From Candidatus Sumerlaeaceae bacterium (GTDB lineage: Bacteria > Sumerlaeota > Sumerlaeia > Sumerlaeales > Sumerlaeaceae), in NCBI GenBank assembly GCA_051003195.1, contig JBPCLP010000050.1, positions 1 to 41,551 of the forward strand: DNA of 41,551 bases, in the 5' to 3' direction. The notes under the pieces are model-generated. The model made no database searches and had not been told where the DNA came from. It saw only the letters and a program-made list of their open reading frames with translations. Positions 1-11,100 of the stretch are shown here, one piece after another (the stretch's first letter is position 1; the number at the start of each line of letters is the position of its first letter). Both the position numbers and the translations under genes were made by a program.

Positions 1-84
1 AAGCTGACAATAAGCCAACGTGAGTACACTCCTGCACTAAGGGTTTTCGCAGATCTGAACTGCTGGACCCTCACGTTGGCCCTT

Positions 85-2478
85 TCAAGCCCCCCGCCCG
101 TTGCACTTCGGTTGGCAATCCGCCTGATTAGTTTTGATTAGTTTTGATTGAGGCTGAAATTCGGGGACGTTCGAATTAGTTAATGCGTTGGGAACATTGA
201 GCGAAAAGCGTCCCCGCGCCGTGGTCTCAATTCGGGTGCCGCCTTTTGCGTTCCAATATTTGAATGGCATGGTGTGGCCGTCTGAATCCTGAATGCTTAC
301 TGCTTCCCTGGCAACATCCGCGAATCGGATGGCGCCATTTCCGTAGCCTTTGAAATCATATTGCACCGCCTCAGCTGACACGTGGACGTCCAGAAGTTCG
401 AATGGCGCGTGGAGAAGCAGGGGGGCTGTCGTGGGCTGGTTGCATCCAAGGAAGGAGAGATTGTGAGTACCAGGCGTGAGCACACGCGAGGGAACGCGCA
501 ACGTGAACGGAATCTCTTTGCCGTCCACAATCAACCCCGCCGGATTTGCGGGCGCTACCGAATCGACGTTTAGCATGCAATCGCGCACATGGATATTCTT
601 CGCGCCTGTCAGGTGGCCTCCAGTTGCCATCGATACTCCGTTGTAATTGGACGTTAGCACAAAACAGGAGGACGCGTGCATGTGAGGTCCGGCGCCGAAG
701 GTCTGGGGGCGATGCAGGGCGAAGTTATCCATGCGTTCGGGCATCGCATATTTCATCTGGTAGATGGCCTTGAGTTCGGTGCTGTACCCGACGTCGGCGG
801 CGCGTCGCGTCAGGCGATCAAGGCATGTCCACGCATTTTCATACTGGCCTTCCTGCGCGTAGCCGGCCGACGCGTGCACCCAGGCTGGGGCAAAGTACAG
901 ACGTTTGTCGGTTCCGGGGAAAACTCCTTCGCGGTGAAGCATCGCATCCAGCGATTTCAGCGATTTGTCTGCATCCGGCGTGAAGGGGTAAAGCGTCAGC
1001 GCCCATACATAATCAAAATAAATGTCCCAGTAGTTCCAGTCGATCGTGGCCGTGGTGCCGTCTTCAAACGAGGCGATTCCCGCATGATGTTTCTGATCCT
1101 TGTCCAACCAGAGAAACTGATTCACTGCGTGTGCGGTCTCCTGCGCGCGGTGCCAGTTCAGGTCCGCTTCCGCGGATCTGCCAAGGTGCTCCGCCATTTC
1201 CGTCATCATCAGGTGCGCACCGTACAACAGATGATTAATATACAGAGTCTTGATGTGCAGGGGCCACTTGTCGCCGACTCTCATCGTCGGGAATACTTCG
1301 CGGAAATTGTGAGCTCCTTTTAAAAAAGCTTCGTTAATGTAGGTTTCCCAGTAGAGCTGATCTGACGGGTCATAAGCCGTCGCACGCAGGAAGTCGATGG
1401 AATCGGCGAGTTTCGCGTACCATTGCGAGAGATGCGTTTCGTCGCCGGTGAGTTTCCAGAATGCATAAACGGAAAGCACTGCGTAAAAGCTTCCATCCTG
1501 TTGCCACGACTGGTCAGGCGGGTGGGAGGGAAACGTGAGAAATGCGTGATAATCGCGTCCCTGCGTGCTGACAGGCTTGGCATTTGCCAGCACGTAGGGG
1601 GTCCATCGTTTGAGATAATCTGTCGCGCCCGCCAGCGCGGGAAAGACGCAGGCAATTGCTGCGTCGCGATTCCAGATGTCGGTGTAACCGCCATCCAGCG
1701 CGGCGAAAACCCCGCCGGCGTCGTATTGCATGGATGCCAGTGCGCGCTTGTTCATCTCGTTCTGCCGGCACGTTGGCACGTCGCCGGTAAGCTGTGCGGG
1801 CGCGGTTACGGTTTTAAGAGCGGTCCGTGTTCTGTCGAGGGATTCGTGCCAGTGGCGCGTCCTGTGTGCCACCGCGGAGAGCTGTTGGAGGGAATCTCCC
1901 CACACGACAGCAAACCGCCGCGTGCAAACACTGAGAGTAGAGTTGCCGTCGCGTGCCTTGATGTGTGCCGGGGTGGCGGGATTGTCAAAGATCAGGCCGC
2001 AGTATAATGGTTGGCCGTTTACTTCCCGGGCCGCGTACCAGATAGAATCGGAGGTTTGCGACAACTCCTTCTGCAGCGAAACTCGCAGCGGCCTTTTGCT
2101 GCTTTCCACGATCAGCGCGCGATCTGCAAGAACATGAACGCGTATTTTACCATCCAGATAATGAGCTGTTGCTCGCCACGGGTCGTATTGCATGCGGGTG
2201 AAGCCCGGATTGCATGGCAGTTTCAGAGCATTCGAAAAGCATTGCAGCGGCGAATCCTGATCGACGCTGATCTGTCCAAGTACATCAGATCGCAGTCCGC
2301 CAACGTGCCACGTCGCATCCTGGGAATCAGCTTTGCGATGCAGGCTGACATTTAGTTTGAGCTGTTGTTCCTGCCTGACAACCACGATGCCGCCAAACGG
2401 GCTTCCCAGTCGAGTTTCGACGGGAGAGCGCGCCGCAGTATGAATCGCGATCAGAAAGAGGATACTGAGTAGGTTCAT
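85..2478 (-). CDS. Secreted six-hairpin (alpha/alpha)6 glycosidase-like protein (GH15/GH78/amylo-alpha-1,6-glucosidase-like)
   Basis: Long ORF with GGVFAALDGGYTDIWNRDAAI (W-x-R-D) and WQQDGSFYAVLSVYAFWKLTGD motifs typical of six-hairpin glycosidases. Start moved to ATG 2478, which gives a hydrophobic signal-like N-terminus (MNLLSILFLIAIHTAA). Confidence 0.7.
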   Translation of the reverse strand: MNLLSILFLIAIHTAARSPVETRLGSPFGGIVVVRQEQQLKLNVSLHRKADSQDATWHVGGLRSDVLGQISVDQDSPLQCFSNALKLPCNPGFTRMQYDPWRATAHYLDGKIRVHVLADRALIVESSKRPLRVSLQKELSQTSDSIWYAAREVNGQPLYCGLIFDNPATPAHIKARDGNSTLSVCTRRFAVVWGDSLQQLSAVAHRTRHWHESLDRTRTALKTVTAPAQLTGDVPTCRQNEMNKRALASMQYDAGGVFAALDGGYTDIWNRDAAIACVFPALAGATDYLKRWTPYVLANAKPVSTQGRDYHAFLTFPSHPPDQSWQQDGSFYAVLSVYAFWKLTGDETHLSQWYAKLADSIDFLRATAYDPSDQLYWETYINEAFLKGAHNFREVFPTMRVGDKWPLHIKTLYINHLLYGAHLMMTEMAEHLGRSAEADLNWHRAQETAHAVNQFLWLDKDQKHHAGIASFEDGTTATIDWNYWDIYFDYVWALTLYPFTPDADKSLKSLDAMLHREGVFPGTDKRLYFAPAWVHASAGYAQEGQYENAWTCLDRLTRRAADVGYSTELKAIYQMKYAMPERMDNFALHRPQTFGAGPHMHASSCFVLTSNYNGVSMATGGHLTGAKNIHVRDCMLNVDSVAPANPAGLIVDGKEIPFTLRVPSRVLTPGTHNLSFLGCNQPTTAPLLLHAPFELLDVHVSAEAVQYDFKGYGNGAIRFADVAREAVSIQDSDGHTMPFKYWNAKGGTRIETTARGRFSLNVPNALTNSNVPEFQPQSKLIKTNQADCQPKCNGRGA

Positions 2479-2549
2479 CCCTTGTCCACGGTAAGGAGTA
2501 AGCCCGATACTTGCCGGACTCCTGTATCGCTGAATCCCGCGCAATTATA

Positions 2550-2690
2550 CTACATTCAACGAACATTCGAAGTACCGGCGCGAGGGGAGGATGGGTAGCA
2601 TGGGAAGGATGGGGGGAAACATTTGTCCGCACCTTCGAAGAGAAGCTCAACCGGCTGCTCCGTCCGCAAAAACCCGGACTGAAACCCGCC
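2550..2690 (+). pseudogene. Possible 3' remnant of a REP-associated/IS200-like tyrosine transposase
   Basis: The + frame reads IRSTG...GETFVRTFEEKLNRLLRPQKPGLKP, resembling the TGRPLG..F...LE..LGR.L.P.KPGRKP tail of such transposases. No HUH core is present. Confidence 0.35.
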
Positions 2691-2747
2691 ACGCGCGATA
2701 TGGAAATTGGGGGAAATTGGAACCTCACAGGCTGATTTCCGCAGCAC

Positions 2748-5700
2748 TTGTCAACCGAACCTATCTCTATTACGTCTAAGGATGCATTGTTTCAGATTAA
2801 AGTGATTTTGTCCGTTGGACAATTGATAAGGTGTCAGGCTGTGACGAACTTTAGTTTCAGTGGCATTGTTACTCAGTTATTCTTTACACTAGCAGCCTGG
2901 TTTTCAGTGTTCCTGCTGGGGATGCCACAGTGCGCGCAGGGCGCCTTTCCATTCAACGATGCGCGCGTTGACATAAAGACCAGGTTCAGACCTGATTCCA
3001 TGATCGCCGGCGACTTCGACAATGATGGTACAACCGATGTTCTTCTCGGCAGCCGCCTTGCTAAAGAGCTTAGCTTTTACCGGGGTAATACAACGGGGGC
3101 GTTTGTCCCCACAGTCTCTATGCAGAGTATGGAGTTTTACATAAAGGCTGCCTGCGATCTGAACAAAGACGGGAAGCTCGATCTCATCATCAGCCGCTGG
3201 CCCCCTGACTCCGATCTTGAAAGTGACGAACATGCAGTCCTTCCCGGAATGGGGAATGGGCAGTTTGGCGCACCCATTTCCATTCCGTTCAATCAGAGGG
3301 CAATGGATGTTACGGCCGGAGACTTTAATGGCGATGGAATACCCGACCTGGCAAGTTCTCACGGATCACTTGTACCAGTGGGACACACTCTTTCCATCAT
3401 GCTTGGAAACGGCAACTTTGGTTTCACGGAGTCCGTAAGGTTAGGTACAGATGCCACGGCTATGCAGGCGGCAGACTTTAACCGCGATGGGAAACTCGAT
3501 GTCGCGTACATAAGATCAGGAACGTATCTTACGGTGCGCCTCGGCGACGGCACAGGTGGACTTGGGCCAGCCTTAAATTTGACGGATCAAGCCAACGAGA
3601 GCAGACTCATCATGGGCGACCTGAATCACGACGGATTGATGGACCTGATAACGGATGTCGCGGTTCGACTTGGAAATGGTGATGGAACGTTTCGCCCCCC
3701 ACATCCTATAATTCTTCCCGGCGCATACGTCCTGGTTCTCGGAGACTTCAATGCCGATGGTCATCGTGACATTGCTGCAGCCGCAGGAGAAATGGAAGCC
3801 AGGATTTCCATTCTTTCAGGCAATGGTACGGGCACCTTCTCACCGTATTATAGTGTTGAAACATGCAACTGGCCGGAAAGGCTGGTAGCAAAAGACGTAA
3901 ATGGGGACGGCCGGGACGATCTCCTTGTGCATGGAGTCTGGGATTTCATGTCTGTGCATATCGCTGACAATACCGGACGGTTTCAAACGGTTAATACTTT
4001 TGAAAATCGTCCGCCGGCGACCTCGGTTGTCGTTCGCGATTTCAATGCAGACGGCCACGCTGACGTAGTTTCGGCGGAACCCGAAGCGAGCCGATTGTCG
4101 ATGCTGATGGGAGATGGAACTGGTTCCTTTGTTCCCCCCAATACTTTTACCGCAGGCACCTATCCTGCATGCCTGGCAACAGCGGATTTCAACAGCGATG
4201 GAAAGCCCGACCTGGTAGTGGGAAACAGGGATTCGAACAATGTTACCTTATTGATAAGTACGGGCTCCGGCCTCGCCGCACCTTTGAACTATCCGGTGGG
4301 CACTGCACCCTATGCAATATTAACGCGCGATTTTAACAATGACGGCAAACCCGATGTGGTGACCGCCAATTCTAGTTCCCACAATGTTTCCGTCTTATTA
4401 GGTGACGGTGCGGGAGGGCTGGGCGCGGCATCCAGTCTGGCGGCAGGCGCTGAGCCTCGCTTGTTGGTTGCGGAAGATTTTAACATGGATGGCAATCTGG
4501 ACGTGGTAGCTGCCACTCCCATGTCATCGGCATTGTCAGTACTCCTGGGATCTGGAACAGGCACCTTTACGACGTCCACCGCAAATGCAGGTGGACTGGT
4601 ACAGGACATGGTCAGTGCAGACTTCAACCTGGACGGTAAACCTGACCTTGCGCTGGGGAGAAATGACAGGCTTGTCTTTCTTGCCGGAACGGGCCTGGGA
4701 ACTTTTGGAACTGCCCCTGGACCTGGAAATGAGCTTAATTATTCAGGCTATGAAATGATTGCTGGCGACTTCAATGCCGATGCCAGGCCCGACCTGATTT
4801 CAGGAGGTCGCGGGATGTTAAGATTGCGTATTGGAAACGGTGCCGGAAGCTTTACTGCGACCACCTATATTGATATACTCGCAGGAGCCGGCTGCCTTGT
4901 CCCCGGCGATCTGAATGGGGATTCAAAATTGGATCTCGTCACAGGAAATTGGGGGGAAGTTATCCACCACCACAGCATCTCTGCTTTTCTGGGCGACGGT
5001 ATTGGAAACTTCACATTACAGACTTCGTCACTTGGAAACACCGGGCCTACCAAAATACTGGTCCAGGATATGAACCATGACGGAAACACCGACCTGGTAT
5101 TACTGAGTAATAAAGTTCTAACCGTGGTTACCCGTACGAGTGATAACCGGTTTCAGCTTCCGAAATCCTATCCATGTATAAACAGCTGGTTTGAAATGAA
5201 AAGTGGTGATTTCAACGGAGATGGCAACGTCGATATCGTAACTGCGCCATGGTATCACAACGTATATGGGAGTGAACTTATAAACATTTCGTTTGGCAAT
5301 GCGCAGGGAGAACTGGGAACGTCGATAAGTATTACAGCAGTCGTAAACCCGACGGCTATTGCCGTGGGCGATCTGAACGAGGACGGCGTATCTGATATCG
5401 CCGCGGTCGGCGCGACTTTTCCAGCAACTTCACTATCAATATTGCGCAGCAATGGATCGGGTGGACTTCATCCCGCCGAGAAGTATGAAACGGGCGGATT
5501 CTACCAGAAAGACGTAGCCACAGCTGACCTGAATGGCGATGGCCATCTCGACGTGCTGACATCGCACTGGAATGGCGTTTCCGTTCACCTGGGGAACGGG
5601 ACAGGAGGAATTGGCCCTGCCACGACATTCGCAACCGCCGGAAACTCGGGGTGCTACCCGGGATTGATCGCAGTTGGCGATGTTAATGGCGATGGGAACG

Positions 5701-6113
5701 CTGACATTGTTGCCCCTCACAGTGGAAACATGACCTTTGAGGAGCCTGATCTCGACTTTATCAGTGTTTCTCTGGGAAGAGGCGATGGGACATTTCAGCC
5801 GGCTGTTCCATACACTACCGGAATTGATCCGATCCGAATTGTCATCGCGGATTTTACCGCTGATGGGCGCGTTGATCTGGCCGTTTTGAACCAGGCGTCG
5901 TACAACGTTTCGCTACATGAGGGCAATGGCGACGGAAGCTTCAAAACGCCCTTGTATTTTGGAGTTGGCAACTCACCCCGCGACTTCTGTGCAATCGATA
6001 TGAACGGGGATGGCAGGTCTGACCTTGCTGCTTTAACCCTGACCTCCGACATATCCATACTGATGCAACCAACAGCGGTAACTTCCGCCCTGGGTTGGGA
6101 ATTGTACGACTGA
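2748..6113 (+). CDS. Secreted FG-GAP/VCBS repeat (beta-propeller) protein with C-terminal GWELYD tail
   Basis: About 20 repeats of (G/A)D(F/L)NxDGxxD(L/I/V) followed by LGxGxGxF, and a hydrophobic signal-like segment ending AQG-A. The true start is probably downstream (GTG 2841). Confidence 0.9.
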   Translation: MSTEPISITSKDALFQIKVILSVGQLIRCQAVTNFSFSGIVTQLFFTLAAWFSVFLLGMPQCAQGAFPFNDARVDIKTRFRPDSMIAGDFDNDGTTDVLLGSRLAKELSFYRGNTTGAFVPTVSMQSMEFYIKAACDLNKDGKLDLIISRWPPDSDLESDEHAVLPGMGNGQFGAPISIPFNQRAMDVTAGDFNGDGIPDLASSHGSLVPVGHTLSIMLGNGNFGFTESVRLGTDATAMQAADFNRDGKLDVAYIRSGTYLTVRLGDGTGGLGPALNLTDQANESRLIMGDLNHDGLMDLITDVAVRLGNGDGTFRPPHPIILPGAYVLVLGDFNADGHRDIAAAAGEMEARISILSGNGTGTFSPYYSVETCNWPERLVAKDVNGDGRDDLLVHGVWDFMSVHIADNTGRFQTVNTFENRPPATSVVVRDFNADGHADVVSAEPEASRLSMLMGDGTGSFVPPNTFTAGTYPACLATADFNSDGKPDLVVGNRDSNNVTLLISTGSGLAAPLNYPVGTAPYAILTRDFNNDGKPDVVTANSSSHNVSVLLGDGAGGLGAASSLAAGAEPRLLVAEDFNMDGNLDVVAATPMSSALSVLLGSGTGTFTTSTANAGGLVQDMVSADFNLDGKPDLALGRNDRLVFLAGTGLGTFGTAPGPGNELNYSGYEMIAGDFNADARPDLISGGRGMLRLRIGNGAGSFTATTYIDILAGAGCLVPGDLNGDSKLDLVTGNWGEVIHHHSISAFLGDGIGNFTLQTSSLGNTGPTKILVQDMNHDGNTDLVLLSNKVLTVVTRTSDNRFQLPKSYPCINSWFEMKSGDFNGDGNVDIVTAPWYHNVYGSELINISFGNAQGELGTSISITAVVNPTAIAVGDLNEDGVSDIAAVGATFPATSLSILRSNGSGGLHPAEKYETGGFYQKDVATADLNGDGHLDVLTSHWNGVSVHLGNGTGGIGPATTFATAGNSGCYPGLIAVGDVNGDGNADIVAPHSGNMTFEEPDLDFISVSLGRGDGTFQPAVPYTTGIDPIRIVIADFTADGRVDLAVLNQASYNVSLHEGNGDGSFKTPLYFGVGNSPRDFCAIDMNGDGRSDLAALTLTSDISILMQPTAVTSALGWELYD

Positions 6114-6114
6114 A

Positions 6115-6136
6115 GTAATAACCTCGGGGTTATTAC
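6115..6136. terminator. Hairpin directly after the FG-GAP stop codon
   Basis: GTAATAACC-TCGG-GGTTATTAC forms a perfect 9-bp stem. There is no long U tract. Confidence 0.45.
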
Positions 6137-6153
6137 AGTCTCCTGTTATCGGC

Positions 6154-6666
6154 ATGGCACCCGTATCTCCTTATGATGACAGCGCCTTCTCCGCAAACCC
6201 GCCAAGCGTGTCTGTGCAGGAGCGCCTCGACCTTCTTTCCGGAAAGAGGAAACCGAATCCCCCCAGCAAACGGGCCATCTTCCTGAACGACATTGGCGCT
6301 CTCGCGGGTTCCATATTTGGTCCCATGACACCGTTGTTTGCCATGGCTCTGGAGCACCGCGAAACCAAGATTGCGGTACTCATCGCAGCGATTTCAACAG
6401 GAGCGTTTGCAGGCGCGATGGCTCTTCGCAACGTCATCGGTCGCGCGTGGACATACTTCGCGGTTTGCCTCCTGATGGGAGCATTCGGCGGTGCGTTGCT
6501 CGCAATGAAAGCAGACGCGTGGGCCACTTCGGAATGCATGAACGTCCCTCAATATCTGCGCTATCTCCCGGCAGCAATCTGCCTGGGAATGTACTGGTGT
6601 ATCGGATTCGCTCTGTTGCTGATATTGTCAGGCAGGCGAGTTCCCAAAAGCATTGCCGAACTCTGA
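6154..6666 (+). CDS. Hypothetical membrane protein (3-4 TM helices)
   Basis: 170-aa ORF with several hydrophobic stretches, filling the gap between neighbouring genes. Confidence 0.55.
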   Translation: MAPVSPYDDSAFSANPPSVSVQERLDLLSGKRKPNPPSKRAIFLNDIGALAGSIFGPMTPLFAMALEHRETKIAVLIAAISTGAFAGAMALRNVIGRAWTYFAVCLLMGAFGGALLAMKADAWATSECMNVPQYLRYLPAAICLGMYWCIGFALLLILSGRRVPKSIAEL

Positions 6667-6781
6667 ACAGCCAGTGCGCCTTCAAAAACGCGGCGGCATC
6701 CTCAAGCGTTCAAATGTGGGTGCTTTTCACGACAAGGTATGGCCGTATATCAGGCTTCCCGGCCCCACTTCGTATCATGGC

Positions 6782-8050
6782 TTAGAATTCCGTTACGGCC
6801 TCCTTACCTTCCATCCATTCTATCATGTTGAGCACCAGGTAGTTCCAGTTCTGGAAACCACGACTCAGGATTGGTTCTCCATTCTCCGGCTGGTAATACT
6901 CGTGTAATGCGCCAAAGCGTTCCAGGTCCCGACCGAAGAGTCGAATGGTCTTCTCCGCCAGCTCGCGTGCCTCTTTTTGGAAGCCATAGCGTGCGAGGCC
7001 TCGAAAGGTAAGGTAGTTTGAAACACCCCATACTGGTCCAAGCCAGCATGAGGGATTGCCTGATCCGCGCAGCTGGTACATCTTTTCCATTTTCGACAAC
7101 GTACGCACGCCGTACGGTGCATTAAAGGTACTGGTGTTTCGGAAATGTTCCACAACGATGCGTTCAGCCTGATCAGGTGTTGCTATGTCAGCCCACATCG
7201 GCAGAAAACCGGACCACACACCGATGCGTTGGATGAGGCAGTCCCAATGTCGCGGCTGGTTTGCATGCAGTCCCTTAACTCCCTCGCGTGGAAGCAGATT
7301 TAGATCGACGCTATAGAAGAAACCATCACGTTCATCCCAGCAGTGTTCCTGTATGGCAGAGTGCAGAGCACGAGCATCATCCTCGTAGTGTAACGCAATT
7401 TCATCCAGGTTGAGCTTCCGGCACAGGAAAGCAGTAGCCAGCAGTTCCCGGTACATCAGGCTGTTCAGATAGATGGAGCCTGAACTGCGCGGAGGGCGGA
7501 AAAAAGTACACGGGTCATTGTCCACGCCGATACGTTCATCAGTCTGCCAGAAGTACAACCCGCACTGGTGACGGTGATGATTGCGATAGTTCGCCAGGAA
7601 TGCTTCCAGGTTCAGCATCGTCTCGCGAAGCCACTCTGAATCTCCGTCCTGCTGAACAAGAAAGGCAGCGTGCTGAGCCAGCACAGGCTTATGCATGTTC
7701 GACGCGTATGGATCGGCAGGCTTGAGGTCAGCTACAGGGTCCGTGCGAGCGACGGAGATCGGCATCCATCCGTCCACGCCGGTCCACTTCAGAAAGTTCA
7801 GCACGCACCCCTGCTCATATCTGCGCGCGGTTTCCAACATACCCGGATCGTTGCACATTTGCAGGATTTGCCGCAAGGCTACGTTCGAAAGCCAGCTGTC
7901 CCAATCCCACAGGACGTCATCGTAGTATTGGCTGCCGGGCGTGAGAAAGGGATGCAGGAATGGACCGCCGGGCTCGCGGAACATACGGTTGTAGTCCTGC
8001 GTCAGTGTAGAACGGATAAGGCGGATGTAACGATCAGTATCGCTGCTCAT
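6782..8050 (-). CDS. GH63/GH37-like (MGH1/trehalase-family) glycoside hydrolase
   Basis: LWDWDSW, GVDNDP, WLGPVW and HEYYQPENG motifs. Confidence 0.85.
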   Translation of the reverse strand: MSSDTDRYIRLIRSTLTQDYNRMFREPGGPFLHPFLTPGSQYYDDVLWDWDSWLSNVALRQILQMCNDPGMLETARRYEQGCVLNFLKWTGVDGWMPISVARTDPVADLKPADPYASNMHKPVLAQHAAFLVQQDGDSEWLRETMLNLEAFLANYRNHHRHQCGLYFWQTDERIGVDNDPCTFFRPPRSSGSIYLNSLMYRELLATAFLCRKLNLDEIALHYEDDARALHSAIQEHCWDERDGFFYSVDLNLLPREGVKGLHANQPRHWDCLIQRIGVWSGFLPMWADIATPDQAERIVVEHFRNTSTFNAPYGVRTLSKMEKMYQLRGSGNPSCWLGPVWGVSNYLTFRGLARYGFQKEARELAEKTIRLFGRDLERFGALHEYYQPENGEPILSRGFQNWNYLVLNMIEWMEGKEAVTEF

Positions 8051-8133
8051 GAACCCAATACACCGGGCAGGCTAAGACCTTAGTCAAGCTGGCCGACCCC
8101 AGTGAAGTTCCAGTATTTCTTACATGATCAATT

Positions 8134-11100
8134 CTACGGCAGCGTTACCAATCCCGCGGACCGCACCGTTACCGGACCGAGCAGGCCGGACTCCAGCAGG
8201 GGAGAGGTTTTGTGATAGAAACGCCACGTGGTAAAAGTGATGCGCTTCGATGGTCTCGGCTTGCCCTGCGTCAGCCACTCCGGCCAGCCTTTCAGACGGT
8301 CCCCGTCCCAGTCTGCGTCGGGCTCAAATTGTTCGTCGCCGATCAGGCGGTTGGGCCACAGGTTAGTGACTTTTACCTCGAGCTGGTTGCGCCCGCTTTT
8401 GACGGCCTTTGACACATCCATGCGGAATGGCTCCTTCCACAGAACGGGGAGGTCTGTACCGTTCAATCGAATGGTCGCGAAGTTCTTCACGCGGCCGAAG
8501 TCCAGTGCGACAACACGTCGCTTGCCCACGAGTTCAGCCGGCAGGTCGAATTGGGTCTCGTAATGTGCCGTACCGGAAAAGTATCGCACGCCGTTGTCGG
8601 CGTGATTTGGCCAGGAGACCAGTGCGTCCAGCTTGACGGAAGGTGGCGCGCCCATGCCGGGCTCGAATGCAACCGTCCATGGTCCCTTCACTTCCACAAC
8701 GTCTGCTGCCTCATTCACCGTAACAGTCTGAGTGGTTCCACCCGCGCGCTGCACTTCGTACTTGCCGGCTTTCCAGGCAGTGAGAGTTGCCACTCCTTCG
8801 GAATCGGCGGACACCTCGAATGCAGGAAACTGCACGGGCACGCGGGGCCTGTCCACGAGCGTTAATACGTGCCCTTCGTCGGCGGTTTTCTCGATGGGCT
8901 TTCCATCCAGTTCGTATTCTATGCGAAGGCGCTTTACAACCAGCGGCACAGAATCGCCAAAGACCTCATTACTGGCCGGGATCTCATACTCCCCGGCAGC
9001 GACCATTTCAGCAACACGCGTTGTTACGTCGGCGCCACGACCGTCCATTGATTCATAACGTGCCTTTCGAACCAGCAGTTGCGGCAGCGTCACGGTGGTA
9101 ACTTTCGGGTGACCCTCCAGTGCAACGTTCTCCAGGTGTTTCTCATTAGCCGCGCGGCGGAACACGACAAAAACAGATTCGGCAGGATTGAGCCAAAGCG
9201 GGAGCGTCGTGCGGCCTGCCTGCTCGCGGTATACCATAGCCTGCCCGGTGACGCCGGTGTCCGGGTGCCAGAGTTCCGGAACGCGTCCGCCGACGCGAAA
9301 CGTGCACTCCACCTGATCCGCGACAGTGCGCTGGTTCGATACGAAGTACACATCCGCGTCCTTGATGCGGCGGTGAATGCAGGCCAGCTTCGCGCCCTGT
9401 GCAGCGCCCTGGAAACTAAAATCAGCCGGTACTTTCAACTCCGCTAAAACATCCGCGAGCGCCCTGCCCCATATCACGCGGCCCTTGCCAAACCGGTGCT
9501 CCTTCGTTGCGGCGCCATCTACGCCGGCCCATACTTCGTCGGCGACACTTCGCACCTCGGTATCGCACTGAGGATAGCCGGTCAGACTGGGCGACAGCCG
9601 GGGTTTCGGTCCTACTACCGTGGCGCCCGCGCGCACCAGTTCGCGAATCGCTTTCGCAACTGGCGGCGTCATGAATCCGCCGTCGGGCAGCACCAGGACG
9701 CTGTAGCTCATTCCATCGGACAGCACGATGCGGCCATCGCGGACGGTTGCGCGCTCTCTAAGTACCGTGGCATCGCAGCCGTCGTAATCGTAGCCGGCAG
9801 GTACGGCCGGGTTCAGATTCGGTCGGTACGGAAGATCGTTCGGCGTGGACTCGCCATAGTAGTAAAGCAGGTCTGCCACGAAGGTGCCTTCCTGCAGCAG
9901 GTACTGGCATCGCGCGACATACTGCATCCACGTCGCGGCTTCCTTCCACCAGGTGACGGTGCGTTCCAGGTGTGTGCCCCACGGACCCATCGTCATGCCC
10001 GGACGAAAATCCATCCAGGGCTGGTGGGCATACCGATGAAAAATGTACCGGTTGATTCCATTGCAGAATGCGAGGTCGCCCATCGCCTTGATTCCGTAAG
10101 GCTCAATCAGCCAGCGTCCGTGATTCGGCTCTGCGGTAAACGCCTCCGCCCCGACCAGTTTGCGGCCGTACGTATGTGCCACGGAAGCGGCGAGCTTTGT
10201 CGTTTCGATTGCCGCACCGTGCACCCAGAATTCTCCCATCGGGATGTCGGCCAATCCGCCGCACTCCAGTGTATCAAACCCGCCGTTCCCGTAGGGCTCG
10301 GTCGAGAAGAGCATTCCGTGCTGGTGGCACAGTTCGCCGAAGTACTTGAAGTAGTTGTCGGCAAACAGGTCAGCGATTGTCCTGCGGAAGTCCCAGAGGA
10401 AGCGTTCGCTCTCCTCCTTGCTTCCCACGATGCGCCCCGTAATGACGGGCAGGTACTGGAGCAGATCGTAACCGCGCCGCTTCTGGAACTCCTCGCGAAA
10501 GCGCGGCGTCCAATTCTGGCTTCCTACCTCGTAGCTGTCGATGAGTGCGTTGTTGAGAACCTTTCCGGCCAGCGGGCCTGCCTGTGCGATGATCTTGCCC
10601 ATCATGGCGTTCCAGTGCACGTCCAGGGCTTCACGGCTCAGCTTGTCCACCTCCAGTCCGTCTCCCTCCGGCGGAGCGGGATGGTTGTTCTTTCCCGTTG
10701 GTGTGTAGCCAATCCGCAGAATCATCCAGTCGCCCTCCGGTGCATCCCACGTGAGATGCCCGGACGTAGTCAGCTTGTCGGTCAGTACCAGTATGGAATC
10801 GCGGGCAATAACCTGACTCGCTGTCGTGGGCGAGAGGTCAGGTTGAAGTCCATGCTCACGAACGACTCCTGTTTTCCCGAGTATCTGTGCCGGTGGCATG
10901 GGAGCATCGCCGCCCGGCGGGACTTGATATGCCAGGACGGCGATGTCTTTATAATAGGGGATGGCCCTGTGCACCTGCGGGGGTTTCGGCTCGGGGAGTA
11001 TTTCTGAGACGTGCGCGGGTCCACGGACCGGTTTTTGTGACCATGCAATTACCTGCATTGCATGCTCCGGTGTAATCCACGGGCCACCGCTGCTCGACCA

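Noticed and set aside
9496..11007. 503-aa ORF on the + strand
   Set aside because: Antisense shadow of GH106.
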